Shown in pieces: positions 18,660-28,618 of a stretch of DNA of 64,000 nucleotides. The notes below the pieces were generated by a model that was not told the origin of the DNA, searched no databases, and was given only the letters and a program-made list of their open reading frames with translations. Every line of letters begins with the position of its first letter. Position 1 is the stretch's first letter. This DNA is from Actinomycetes bacterium (lineage in GTDB: Bacteria > Actinomycetota > Acidimicrobiia > Acidimicrobiales > Ilumatobacteraceae), in contig JANMCE010000123.1 of NCBI GenBank assembly GCA_031360915.1, positions 3,168 to 67,167 on the forward strand, in the 5' to 3' direction. Both the position numbers and the translations under genes were made by a program.

Positions 18660-21600
18660 GGCCGAACCTCCTGGAAGCGGTCTTGTTGTGGGCCGTTGTG
18701 GGGCGGGAGCCACCGGATGTGGGTAACGCCCTGACTATCGGCGACCAGGTTGGCGAGCAGACCGTCGAAGCCCCTGGCCGCCAACTGGCGGGCCAGTTCG
18801 TCGGCCGACACCGGCGCTCCCAGCACACCCGACAGGTGGGTGTGTTCCCCGCTCGCCACGCTCACCTGCACGGGCACGGAGCGGCCGGTCTCGTCGCGAT
18901 CCGGTTCCACCGAGTACACGCCGAAGGTACCCGATCCGGAGACCACGACGTGGGCGGGCACAGGTTCACCATCGGCCCCCAGGGTGCGGGTGGCGCCGAC
19001 CATGCCGAGTTCGAGTCCGTCGGCCCGACCGTCACCGGTGGGATCCGCTTCCTCCATCGCCACCGCGATGGCGGTCACCCCGGCCGGCAATGAAGTGGTC
19101 GTCACCGAGTATCCGGCCACGGCGACGCCGGCCGTCGTGAACGCCACCGTCACCTCCTGCCCACCCCTTCGGGTGCGCAACGCCGAACTCCACAGGGTCG
19201 AGCCGGGCGCGGCGACAGCGAAGGTGCCGATCTGCGCCACGCGAGTGGTGCTGTGCCAGCCTGCGATGCCGTCGAGCGTGCCGCCACCGCCCAGCACCAT
19301 CACCGTCCACGTCTTGGATGGCAGCACGACAAACCCCTGACGAACCCGCACGTCACGCACGACGGCACCGACGGTGTCGAGGGCGATGACCCGAGCCGGG
19401 AGTCCACCCGAGATTTCGAGACTGTGCCGCTGATCGGCGACGTCGTTGTCGGCGTTGGCGAAGGTGAAAATGGTCGCCTCGCCGGGCAGCAGATCGAATC
19501 CGTCCGAGGCCAGATTTCGGGTCAGGCCGTCGAGTCGTTCGGCGACGAAGGGCCGTTGGCCGGGTTGGCGTCGCAACTCGCCGCCGCTGCCAGCCCGTCC
19601 GGTAAACGCAGTTGTACCGCCAATCACCGTGGTGTCGGTCGACTGGCCGGGCGTGCCGGTGAGCACGAGGCGTGCTGCGACTCGCACATCACCGGCGGCC
19701 AGCACATCGGCGATGCGACGGGGCGTGACCCGAGGGACGTCGCCGGCCTGCGACACAGACGTTCGTTGCGGCGCGGCGACGGCCCGGCTCGGCGTGGATG
19801 CGAGCAGCCCATCGACCCGCGGTGGGACCGGTACCAGATCGGGCTCCACCGGACCCCCAGGGGGCGGACGTTGGGCGACGGCGGCGAACGGCAGTGGGTC
19901 GGTCGCCATGGCAAAGGTCAGCGGCAACAATTGCGGCGGCGCGGCCCGACCGTTGCGGAACGACAACGCCCCCAAGGGGGTGAACTGTGAGCCTTTGGCC
20001 CCAGCCACCAACCACTCATGCGCCTGGGCCAGCACATCGAGCGATGCATTCGGCGTCGCCGCCGCCAAGGCGGCGGCCGCCGTCACGTCGGCCGCCCGTT
20101 CGGCCCGCACGGCATGCTCGGCCAGGAACGGCAACTGGTGGCGCTTGCCGATCTCGACCTGGTGGTAATCGATCGGCACCGTGCCCGGCGCGATGGCCGG
20201 GGCCCCGATGAGGGAAACCGAGTTCCCGCTCAGGATGGTCTCGCCGGTGGGTACCGGCTTGTCACTGCGGTTCGGGCCCCATACCCCTTTCGGGAAGGCC
20301 CCGGTCACCACAAATGCATCGAGGTTGCCCACATGATTCGTCCCGTCGGCGCGGTTGATGATGCCGATACGCAGCGACGATTTCACCGACGCCCGATGCA
20401 TAGGGCCGATGGCTAGTGGCTGACCCCCCTGTACTGGCACCGAACCGCTGGTTACCACCTCGGAGGCCGCGGCCGTGGTGGTCACCATCAGCACGAACTC
20501 GGGCAGGATCAACACCGGGTCGCTTGCGCTGGCCCCAGTGGGGGGCTTGTTGGCCGTGGCCGGATTCGGCGGCAGCTGCCCCTTGCCGACAATGGCCGTG
20601 AGTACCCGGGCGCCATCCTGGCGCAGGTACTTGTCGTAGAACGCGCCCCACTCGAGCACCGGCGTGGAGTTGTCACCCTCATCGCCGAAGGAAATGGAGG
20701 CGCTGGTGACACCGAGGTCGATGGTGGCCCGACCATGGAAGTCGGGTCCGGCCAGATACACATCGGCATGCAGGTGGATGCTGATGGTGATGCGGATGTG
20801 ACCGAACCAGCCGAGGTCGATGTCGATGGTGATGCCCGCGCCCAGTTCGGCGTAGGCGGTGACTTCGAAGTGGAACGGGTCGAAATAGATAATCCCGTCG
20901 GCGCCGAGCCGCAGGTACGCCCACAACGGACCCAGGGTGAGCGCCGCCTCGAATCGGGTGCCGGCCATGATTGCCTCAGAGGTGAGCGCGAAATAGCTCT
21001 CGCCCTTGATCACCAGGACGCTGCCGATGCTCCAAACGAAGCCGAGTCGGGGCACCACCGGGTAGCCCTTGCGCTGGAACGACGGGTGATATCCGCCCAG
21101 GGTCAGCACGAACTCGCCGGCGCCGGGCCCGCCGTTGGGCTGGTTCTTGAACCACATCACGTAAGCGAATCCGCCGGTGAGTCGGCAGTCGGGCGTGAGC
21201 AGCCACGAGTTATCGGTGAGCTGCGCCTGTATCCACAGCACGCCGTCGCGGGTGGAGAAACGCACAAGGAGCGCCAGTTCGATCTGCACCAGCGGGAACG
21301 CGGTGGTGGGCAACGCCGCTCGGGCCAGACCGAGCAGGTTCACGTCGAGCCCGTCGGCAATCAGGATGCCGATCACCGCGATGCCATCCACCAGAGCGAA
21401 CGACGTGAACGAAATACCGGCCGCGAACCAGAACGCACCCCGTTGCGGTGGGAAATAGCTGCGAAGTTCGTCGAGCGCACCCATGGGGTCAGTGGTGGCT
21501 TTGGCGTTCGGGTCGAGGGCCTTCAGCAACGGGTACGACGGGAACTTGTTCATGTCGCTGGGCAGGAGCAGCAGACGGTTGACACCTACCCCGGCACCCA

Positions 21601-24600
21601 ACCCCGTGACGAAGAAGGCGGGCGGCCCGCCGATCGGGGCCACCAGCGCACCGAAAATGAACAGCGACGTGAAGTCGCCGTGGGTATCGGTAATGACGGC
21701 GTACCCGCCGTAGGCCGAGATGCCGTACACCCCGAATCGGATACTGATCATGCCGACGTAATCGGGTGCGCTGCCCGGCGCTCGCCGCAGGCCGCCGGTG
21801 ATCACGACGCCGCCGGTATCCGACGACACGGCGAGTCCGGCCAGCCCGACTTCCCAGGCCAGCGGGCTGTAGATGGGCGGATCGCTGGGCACTTGTGGCC
21901 ACCGCACACCGACGGCCAGATCGTCGACGGCGACGGTGAGGCCGAGCAGCGACACCTTGCCGTCTACCATCACCCGGGCCGCGATCACCTGGTTGCCGGA
22001 CTTGCTGACCCCGAAGCCGACCTGCTCGATATACACCGGACCGAAGCCGCGTTGGATGGTGACCCACCACGGCCCCTCGCCGGTCCCGGCCCGCAAGTCG
22101 ACCTTGACCGGACCACCCTTGTGATGCTGCACGGCCAGGGCAGGGCTGAACTTGGGGGCCGGTTTCTCTGCCCCACTCGAGCTGTCTCGCAGCACCCCGC
22201 TGGCCACCTTGTTGTTGCTGTCCGACGCCGAACCGACCGGTACGGCCAACCCGGTCAGTTCGAGCTGACCGCCGGCACCGGTGACGCCGCTCGTGGCATC
22301 GATGGCGAGGTGCCCGTGGACGGCCATGGAATCGACGGTGAACAGGGTATTCAGCAGCGGGCCGCTCTTGCTGCCGATCCGAATCCCGATACCGTCGATG
22401 GCGATCCCGAAGAAGACCTCGGGCGTGCCGCCTTTGACCCGTAAGACCTCGACCAGCAGCCCCTCGGCGGGGGTCCCCTCGATCCAGGTGCCATCCACCT
22501 CGATATCGACAGTGGTTTCGCCGTCGGCCAGGTTGAAGCGTCCGCCCGGCTCGAGGGAGATGGCGAGACCGTATACGTCACCATTGCCACCGTCGACGCG
22601 TTTGGCCAGGGCCACGGTAAGGGGATCGATGTTGACTTTGGGCGTGTGGGCGGCGATGTTGGCGGCCAACTGCAGGAGGCGTTTCCAGAGTTGCGCGGTG
22701 TCGAGCACACCTGTGTCGAACGTCGACCCGGTGAAGACGACCCCGGCAAGCAGCTGTTTAATGGTGGCCCCACCGAACACCACTCGGGCAAGCAGATCGT
22801 CGACCTCCTTCTGAGCTAGAGCCAAGTCGACCAGCACCGGTACCAGCAGATCGACGAGCACCTCGGGAAGCGACCCACCGGTGGTCTCGAGCGCGAACGT
22901 GGGCGACGAGGTGAGATGCAATACTCCGGCTACCTGCTTGACGCCATCGAGGGCCAGCCCGACCGCCAGGCGCGGACCACCTGCCGCGTTGCTGCCGATG
23001 GCGATCTCGGCAAGTGGCGCCAGCCGGAGGGAACCGAAGGCCACCGCCGAGGCCGGCGCAATGGCGAACCGGGTGCGACCCTCGACCAGACCGGTGTGAT
23101 CGACCGTCAGTCCGGCACCAATCAATGCGCCGGTAAACGGTGACAGACCATCGATTGTGGCCGCGATGCGAGCCCCGGCGGCCAGCGGGCCACTCACCGG
23201 AACGCTCACCCGCACTGACCCGGCGACGCCGCCATTGAGATAGGTGAGCACCAGTTCGTCACCGACACGGGTGAGGGTGACGCCGGTCGGCAGGGATCCC
23301 GCCACCACCGCGGCGAGGGCATCGAGCGCCGTCGGCAGCGCGGTACGCAGACGTTGGGCCAGTTGTCCGACCGGGTCGGCCACCAGTTGGGCCAGTTGGG
23401 CGCTGTCGAATTTGGACGTCACCCGTAGCCCGGTGGCGTCACCGAAGCCGGCGAGGGCCACGCCGACCTCATGGCCGAGGCTGCCGTTCGGGATGCCGAC
23501 CACGGCATCGAGTACGTACGGCAGGGCGTAGGTGACCGCCGCATGGGCCACGTCGCCGACCGCACCCAGACCGGGGCCGCGGGGCAATAACTGCAGGTCG
23601 ATGTGGCTGGCCGGCATGATCAGTCGGGCGGCCACACCGGTCGGGGCCATGTCAACCACCAGCCGCCCAGCGGTGGTGAGCGGTGAGCCGTCGGGGAGGG
23701 CCAACACCAACCGGGCGTCGGGCCGCGCCACCAATCCGGGGCCGCCCAGCGATACCCCCACGCTACCGGCCAGTCGCAGGCCGGTAGCGTCGATGGGCTG
23801 GTCGATACCGAGCGCCAGGTGCGCCCGTCCCGCGGTGGTGCCGGCGGTGAGGGCGAGGCCGAAGGGCAGCGCCCATGTTCCGGGGCCGCTGCTCACCCCG
23901 AGCAGACCACCGACCGCGTCGGTGAGCGACGCCAGGCGGGCTCCGTCGAACGCCTCGGCCACGGCCAGCAGTCCGGCGAACCAGCGCTGGGGGTCGATGA
24001 ATAGGCCGAGTGGGGGCCGCACTCGAATGGCGTCGCCGGAGCCGACCAGCACTCCGAGGGCTCGCAGGGTGGGATCGAGGCGGTCTCGGGCGGCGCTGGG
24101 GGCTCCGCGCAACTCTGCCACCAGACCACCGACCAATTCGGCCGGGACCAGGGCGACCAGCGTGCGGGCCAGGCGGGCCGTGTCCGGGGTGGGCAGAAGT
24201 TCGATCGAGCCGGGGCCGGCATCGGGCCAGATCAGTTGCACCGTCCACGGCGCGCCAGACACCTCCAGCACTGCGCCGGAGGATCCGAACGCCACCCCGA
24301 ACTGGCCGCCGATCGAACCATCAAGCTTGCGTTCCAGTCGTCCGGTGAGCGTGGCCCCGGCGGCAAAGGCCAAGCCCGAGCCGGTCGTCGCGACCGCCAG
24401 CGCGCCGGTGGCCAGATCGGCGGAAAGTCGCACGCCATCCATCTCGACGGCGAATGCCGAGGGGGTGGATGGATCGGGTGCCACGCCGCCAAGCAGGTCG
24501 GTGAGCGCGGCAGCCACCCTCGGGGCCCGCACCGCGGTGCGCAGGTCGGCCAGCAGCCCCGACGGGTCAACGAGCAATCGGCGGATACCTTCCACCGAAA

Positions 24601-27600
24601 AACCCACCGGCCCACCAACGACGGCCGGCATACTCGGGTCTAGCAGGCCAATCACATCGAGCAAGGCCACCAGCTGGCGGATCGGCCCACTGGCAGGAAG
24701 GGGCCCGAGAGACGATGCCAAACGCCCGATCAGTACCTGCGCCTCGGGCATCAGGGGCAAACCGTTCTGCAGGTCGGTGTGGCTGATCACCCATCGGCGT
24801 CGGCTGACGCCCAACGCCTCGGCCTCATGCAGCACGATGCGGGCCGAGACGGACAGTCCGGTGGTGAAGGGAGCGTCGAGCTGGATTTCGGCCCGTCGCA
24901 ACGACGGTTGCCGAGACGCCGAGCCGGGCCGAGCCGGGTCGGGGCCACCCGCCAGCCAGCCGCCGACCCGGTCCACCACGATGCGGGCCCGGAAACCTGC
25001 ACCCGACTGATCCGGTGACCCGAGACCCGCCAACGTCGCCGCCAATTCCACCCGTAGTCGCACCGCACCCGGCGCGGCATCGGGCGCAATCACCATGTTC
25101 AGCCCGCCATGCAGCACGTCGATGCCCACCTCAACATCAGGATCGGCACCAGGATCATCCGCCGGCGATGACGTCTCGAAGACGTCTTGTAGGCCGCGCA
25201 CGATCACGCCGGTGATGGCCTTGGAGATGCCGGTGGCGTCCATCACCCCACGGACGCAATGGACATCGACCGTGCCCGGAATCGTCGGCAACGAGAGCGG
25301 TGGCGATAGTTCGGCCAGTGGCGAGGGGCCGTGCTTCCACACCAGATCGAGGGCGCCGACCATGGCCCGACCGGCCATGACCGCGTCGTGTTCGGGTTGA
25401 TCGACGTCGACGGCGGGCAGCAACCGGGCCAGAAGTTGGTACGCACCGGCGGCTGGTTGGGTCTCAACGACATCGAGGCCGATGCCGCCATGGGGCGTGC
25501 CAACGGTGACCAGATGGGTCACACCGGCGACGGTGGCCGCGACCCATGCCGCAGCATGCCCGGCTGCACCGTGGGCCACCAGCATCACCGGGCCACCTCC
25601 GCCCACCCGCGTGACGACGGCGGCGACGGCACGGGCCAGTCGCGCCGTCTGACGGGCCGCGCCGTCATCGGCACCGTTGGTGGCCGCATCGGCCCGACTG
25701 GCCAGCAGCACCAACCACGGACCGTCCTGGGCATCGAGACGGGAGACATCGAGCGCGTCGGGCGACAACCCAGCGGCGCGCAGATCGAGCACGTGATCCG
25801 ACGCCACCCCCGGCCATTCGGTAGGTCCGAGCGGGCCAGCAACGAACACCGTTCCGGCACCGACCGCCGGCAGGCCCAGGGCCGAAAGGTCGAGCGCCTC
25901 CACCAACGCGCCGTGAGCGACACGGGTCAGATCATGGTTGATGGCCCCCGGGATGGTGGCCGACGCGGACGAAACCAGACCGTCGGAGCCCAGCCAGCGG
26001 GCCGCCAGTGCCGTGAACCCGTCGTTGAGATCATCTCGGGCGGCGAGCAGGTCGGCCAACACCGAGCTGTGCACTGACGCGTGGCGCAGCGCCGCGGCCA
26101 GGCGCTCCGCTGGTGGCTCGGCTACCAAGCCATCATCCGCGGTGATCCAACTCAGCAGGTCGCCGGGCCGGAACACGTCGACATTGAGATCCGGCTCGTG
26201 TGGAGACCACAGCAGCAGCTCGATGCGCCGGGCCGCGTCGGCCGCCAGCGCCGACAGCGGCAAGGTGAACGGATCGTGCGGCACCCCGCGACCGAGCAGG
26301 CGGCCGATGGCTGTGTCGGGATCGAGCGGGCCGAGCAAGGTCAGAGCCAGCCGCTCGGCCACCGCCGCCAGCCGGCCATCCTGGGCCAAACCGCCGACCA
26401 GATCGGCGACCGTACCGATGGGATCGGTGACCAGGTCTTCCAGGCTGAGGCGCACCTGGAGGCCGCGTTCGTCGCGCTCCTCCCAGCGGAACAGGCCGAT
26501 CAGTTCGTCCAACCACGGGCGCTTGAGCCGGCGCAGTAGGTTGGCCAGCAGTCGTTCGAGCACCAGCCATGGCACGTCGCCGGTGAAGGTGCCGTCGGGG
26601 TGAAGCGTCGGGAGCGCGAACGGCATCGCTTCACCGTCGATGCGAGCAGTGAGCTCATCCAGCACCGGTTCCAGCGTGAAGCCCGCCCCCGTGGCCCACC
26701 CGAAACGCAGGCCGGCGCGGGCCGTCTCGACCGCGGCCGCGTCAGATCCGAGCCGCAGGACACGGCCGTCGTTTCGCTCGAACACCAGCCCGGCGGCGAG
26801 GCTACCGACGGCCTGACCGCCGCTCCCGTCGAGATGGATGCGCACCAGTTCGGCCCGCAGATCCAGGCGGGCGCCGGGCCAACTGGCACCCAACCCGAGC
26901 GCAGCATGGTCGACGGCCAGGCCGAGGTGCAGGGTGGCTGGCGCGCCGTCGGCCCACACCACGACGGCCACATCTCCGGCCAGCGGCAAGCGCCACGGAT
27001 CGACGACGGTGCCCGTGCCCGACACAGCCGAGACTGTCGTGGACACCAAGCCCTGCAGCGCGTCGAGTACTGCGCCGTAGCCCGCGGCGTGGGTTCGGAT
27101 GACCCGATCGTGGTAGCCGACCATGGCACCAACGGGGTTGCCGAGGAAGTCGGGCAGCGTGGTGAGTGTGACCGGCCAGCCGACCTGCCCGGCCGGCGCC
27201 CCTAGTCCCAGCAGCACCTTGACCGCGTCCCCGGCGGCACCGAGGTGAGCGAGCACCAGATCAGCGACGTCGCCCACGACCGCCCCACCCACGTCGGCCA
27301 GCGTGTGGGTGTTGGTGAGATCGAGCACGTCGTAGTGATGGGTGCCGATATCGACATTGTGGGCGGCCAGCACCAAGCCCGGTTTGCGGTCAGCGCCCAG
27401 GGTGAGGCCCAGCTCGAGTGAACCGACCTTGACGCCAGGTGCCGGCGTGGCGCTGTCCAGTAGCCGTTCGCCCTGCTTGCCGACGTGGCCCGCGAGTTGG
27501 ACGGACGGTAGGCCGCGCACGGACGGTGTCGCGCCGACGGTCACTCGCACCAGGGTGGCCGACAGGGCCAGCCGCCCGGACGGGGTGGTACCCGATGCCG

Positions 27601-28618
27601 TGGTTTGCGGGGTGGTCACCTCGACGCCCAACTCGAACAGCGGATCGCCAGCCGCGGTGCGACCGGCTAGCACCAGCGCGTCGATGGCGACCCCGGTGGC
27701 CGTCGTCCACCGCACTCGATGGGGCAGTCCGGGGCCGCCCGCGGCCACGACGGTGCCGACATTTCCCGACAACTTGGCGGCGTGACTCAGCCAGGCATCG
27801 ACCGCCACACTGTCTTGCAACAGGGTATCCAGCCAAGTCCGCCAGGCCGAGGCACCGTGGGCGAAGATGTCCGCGATCGGCAGAACGGGCAGCCGCGAGT
27901 CGGCGCTCAGGCCAACCAGGGAGAGCAGTTCGCTCAGTTCACCCGACGCCGAGGCCAGCGATTGCTGCACGACACCAAGCACCAGACGCACGGCTTCGTC
28001 GGCCAGCCCGGGGCCGGCGGTACCCCCGATGGCGAAATCGTGCGGGGTCTGCTGGCCGGGCAGTTGCAGGCCGCGGAGCGATACCTGCAGGCTGGGCGCG
28101 CTGCCATCGGTGGCGACCTGCGCCCCTACGACGATGCCGTGGAGACCGGCCTGCCCGGGCGCCGGGGTGGTGTCCATGGTTACGTCAACGTCGAGCTCCA
28201 CCCGGCCGTCGGCATGCCCGAGCAGCACGGTGGCGGCGCCCGAGTTCGGTATCCGCATGAGCGGGACCAGCAAGGTCAGAAGCGCGGTGGGGCCGGTCGT
28301 CGACGCTCGAACGCCAAGCCCTAAATCGACCGCAGTCGATCCGACGGCCAAGACGACATGCAACGAAATCGGTGGATGGGCGAAGAGTTGCAGCCAGCGG
28401 CGGCCGGCGGAGTCGACCACGGCGTCGCCGCCCTCGTGCAGCATGGATTGCACCGCTCGACACAGGGCGTCTCGCTGCTCGGGGTTGCGCAGCATCTGTC
28501 CGACGGACTCGCCGGGTGACGCGAACCACGCGGTGTTCAGCTGATCGGCTTTGACCAAGCCGATGGCCTTGGCTAAGTCGAGGACCGGCCCCAGGTCGTT
28601 GGCAGTCGGGGCGGTCAT
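18656..28618 (-). CDS. Giant-operon gene 2: 3320-aa hypothetical protein
   Basis: A single 9963-nt frame whose ATG overlaps the gene 1 TGA (ATGA). It is Ala/Gly/Leu/Val-rich and non-repetitive, with no signal peptide. It contains a lipase/PGAP1-like signature lacking Ser (VMLVAHGAAGH...LVTVGTPHGG) and a hydrophobic core region (…FFVTGLGAGVGVNRLLLLP…). Confidence 0.85.
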   Translation of the reverse strand: MTAPTANDLGPVLDLAKAIGLVKADQLNTAWFASPGESVGQMLRNPEQRDALCRAVQSMLHEGGDAVVDSAGRRWLQLFAHPPISLHVVLAVGSTAVDLGLGVRASTTGPTALLTLLVPLMRIPNSGAATVLLGHADGRVELDVDVTMDTTPAPGQAGLHGIVVGAQVATDGSAPSLQVSLRGLQLPGQQTPHDFAIGGTAGPGLADEAVRLVLGVVQQSLASASGELSELLSLVGLSADSRLPVLPIADIFAHGASAWRTWLDTLLQDSVAVDAWLSHAAKLSGNVGTVVAAGGPGLPHRVRWTTATGVAIDALVLAGRTAAGDPLFELGVEVTTPQTTASGTTPSGRLALSATLVRVTVGATPSVRGLPSVQLAGHVGKQGERLLDSATPAPGVKVGSLELGLTLGADRKPGLVLAAHNVDIGTHHYDVLDLTNTHTLADVGGAVVGDVADLVLAHLGAAGDAVKVLLGLGAPAGQVGWPVTLTTLPDFLGNPVGAMVGYHDRVIRTHAAGYGAVLDALQGLVSTTVSAVSGTGTVVDPWRLPLAGDVAVVVWADGAPATLHLGLAVDHAALGLGASWPGARLDLRAELVRIHLDGSGGQAVGSLAAGLVFERNDGRVLRLGSDAAAVETARAGLRFGWATGAGFTLEPVLDELTARIDGEAMPFALPTLHPDGTFTGDVPWLVLERLLANLLRRLKRPWLDELIGLFRWEERDERGLQVRLSLEDLVTDPIGTVADLVGGLAQDGRLAAVAERLALTLLGPLDPDTAIGRLLGRGVPHDPFTLPLSALAADAARRIELLLWSPHEPDLNVDVFRPGDLLSWITADDGLVAEPPAERLAAALRHASVHSSVLADLLAARDDLNDGFTALAARWLGSDGLVSSASATIPGAINHDLTRVAHGALVEALDLSALGLPAVGAGTVFVAGPLGPTEWPGVASDHVLDLRAAGLSPDALDVSRLDAQDGPWLVLLASRADAATNGADDGAARQTARLARAVAAVVTRVGGGGPVMLVAHGAAGHAAAWVAATVAGVTHLVTVGTPHGGIGLDVVETQPAAGAYQLLARLLPAVDVDQPEHDAVMAGRAMVGALDLVWKHGPSPLAELSPPLSLPTIPGTVDVHCVRGVMDATGISKAITGVIVRGLQDVFETSSPADDPGADPDVEVGIDVLHGGLNMVIAPDAAPGAVRLRVELAATLAGLGSPDQSGAGFRARIVVDRVGGWLAGGPDPARPGSASRQPSLRRAEIQLDAPFTTGLSVSARIVLHEAEALGVSRRRWVISHTDLQNGLPLMPEAQVLIGRLASSLGPLPASGPIRQLVALLDVIGLLDPSMPAVVGGPVGFSVEGIRRLLVDPSGLLADLRTAVRAPRVAAALTDLLGGVAPDPSTPSAFAVEMDGVRLSADLATGALAVATTGSGLAFAAGATLTGRLERKLDGSIGGQFGVAFGSSGAVLEVSGAPWTVQLIWPDAGPGSIELLPTPDTARLARTLVALVPAELVGGLVAELRGAPSAARDRLDPTLRALGVLVGSGDAIRVRPPLGLFIDPQRWFAGLLAVAEAFDGARLASLTDAVGGLLGVSSGPGTWALPFGLALTAGTTAGRAHLALGIDQPIDATGLRLAGSVGVSLGGPGLVARPDARLVLALPDGSPLTTAGRLVVDMAPTGVAARLIMPASHIDLQLLPRGPGLGAVGDVAHAAVTYALPYVLDAVVGIPNGSLGHEVGVALAGFGDATGLRVTSKFDSAQLAQLVADPVGQLAQRLRTALPTALDALAAVVAGSLPTGVTLTRVGDELVLTYLNGGVAGSVRVSVPVSGPLAAGARIAATIDGLSPFTGALIGAGLTVDHTGLVEGRTRFAIAPASAVAFGSLRLAPLAEIAIGSNAAGGPRLAVGLALDGVKQVAGVLHLTSSPTFALETTGGSLPEVLVDLLVPVLVDLALAQKEVDDLLARVVFGGATIKQLLAGVVFTGSTFDTGVLDTAQLWKRLLQLAANIAAHTPKVNIDPLTVALAKRVDGGNGDVYGLAISLEPGGRFNLADGETTVDIEVDGTWIEGTPAEGLLVEVLRVKGGTPEVFFGIAIDGIGIRIGSKSGPLLNTLFTVDSMAVHGHLAIDATSGVTGAGGQLELTGLAVPVGSASDSNNKVASGVLRDSSSGAEKPAPKFSPALAVQHHKGGPVKVDLRAGTGEGPWWVTIQRGFGPVYIEQVGFGVSKSGNQVIAARVMVDGKVSLLGLTVAVDDLAVGVRWPQVPSDPPIYSPLAWEVGLAGLAVSSDTGGVVITGGLRRAPGSAPDYVGMISIRFGVYGISAYGGYAVITDTHGDFTSLFIFGALVAPIGGPPAFFVTGLGAGVGVNRLLLLPSDMNKFPSYPLLKALDPNAKATTDPMGALDELRSYFPPQRGAFWFAAGISFTSFALVDGIAVIGILIADGLDVNLLGLARAALPTTAFPLVQIELALLVRFSTRDGVLWIQAQLTDNSWLLTPDCRLTGGFAYVMWFKNQPNGGPGAGEFVLTLGGYHPSFQRKGYPVVPRLGFVWSIGSVLVIKGESYFALTSEAIMAGTRFEAALTLGPLWAYLRLGADGIIYFDPFHFEVTAYAELGAGITIDIDLGWFGHIRITISIHLHADVYLAGPDFHGRATIDLGVTSASISFGDEGDNSTPVLEWGAFYDKYLRQDGARVLTAIVGKGQLPPNPATANKPPTGASASDPVLILPEFVLMVTTTAAASEVVTSGSVPVQGGQPLAIGPMHRASVKSSLRIGIINRADGTNHVGNLDAFVVTGAFPKGVWGPNRSDKPVPTGETILSGNSVSLIGAPAIAPGTVPIDYHQVEIGKRHQLPFLAEHAVRAERAADVTAAAALAAATPNASLDVLAQAHEWLVAGAKGSQFTPLGALSFRNGRAAPPQLLPLTFAMATDPLPFAAVAQRPPPGGPVEPDLVPVPPRVDGLLASTPSRAVAAPQRTSVSQAGDVPRVTPRRIADVLAAGDVRVAARLVLTGTPGQSTDTTVIGGTTAFTGRAGSGGELRRQPGQRPFVAERLDGLTRNLASDGFDLLPGEATIFTFANADNDVADQRHSLEISGGLPARVIALDTVGAVVRDVRVRQGFVVLPSKTWTVMVLGGGGTLDGIAGWHSTTRVAQIGTFAVAAPGSTLWSSALRTRRGGQEVTVAFTTAGVAVAGYSVTTTSLPAGVTAIAVAMEEADPTGDGRADGLELGMVGATRTLGADGEPVPAHVVVSGSGTFGVYSVEPDRDETGRSVPVQVSVASGEHTHLSGVLGAPVSADELARQLAARGFDGLLANLVADSQGVTHIRWLPPHNGPQQDRFQEVRP

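Noticed and set aside
8528-28544. Many long plus-strand and off-frame ORFs within the giant operon (e.g. 9251-10756, 10937-12196, 14314-15501, 15556-17094, 20735-22444, 23532-25010, 27439-28260)
   Set aside because: All overlap the uninterrupted minus-strand genes and have the Arg/Pro/Gly-rich look of antisense or off-frame high-GC sequence. The coupled start/stop junctions support the minus-strand set.
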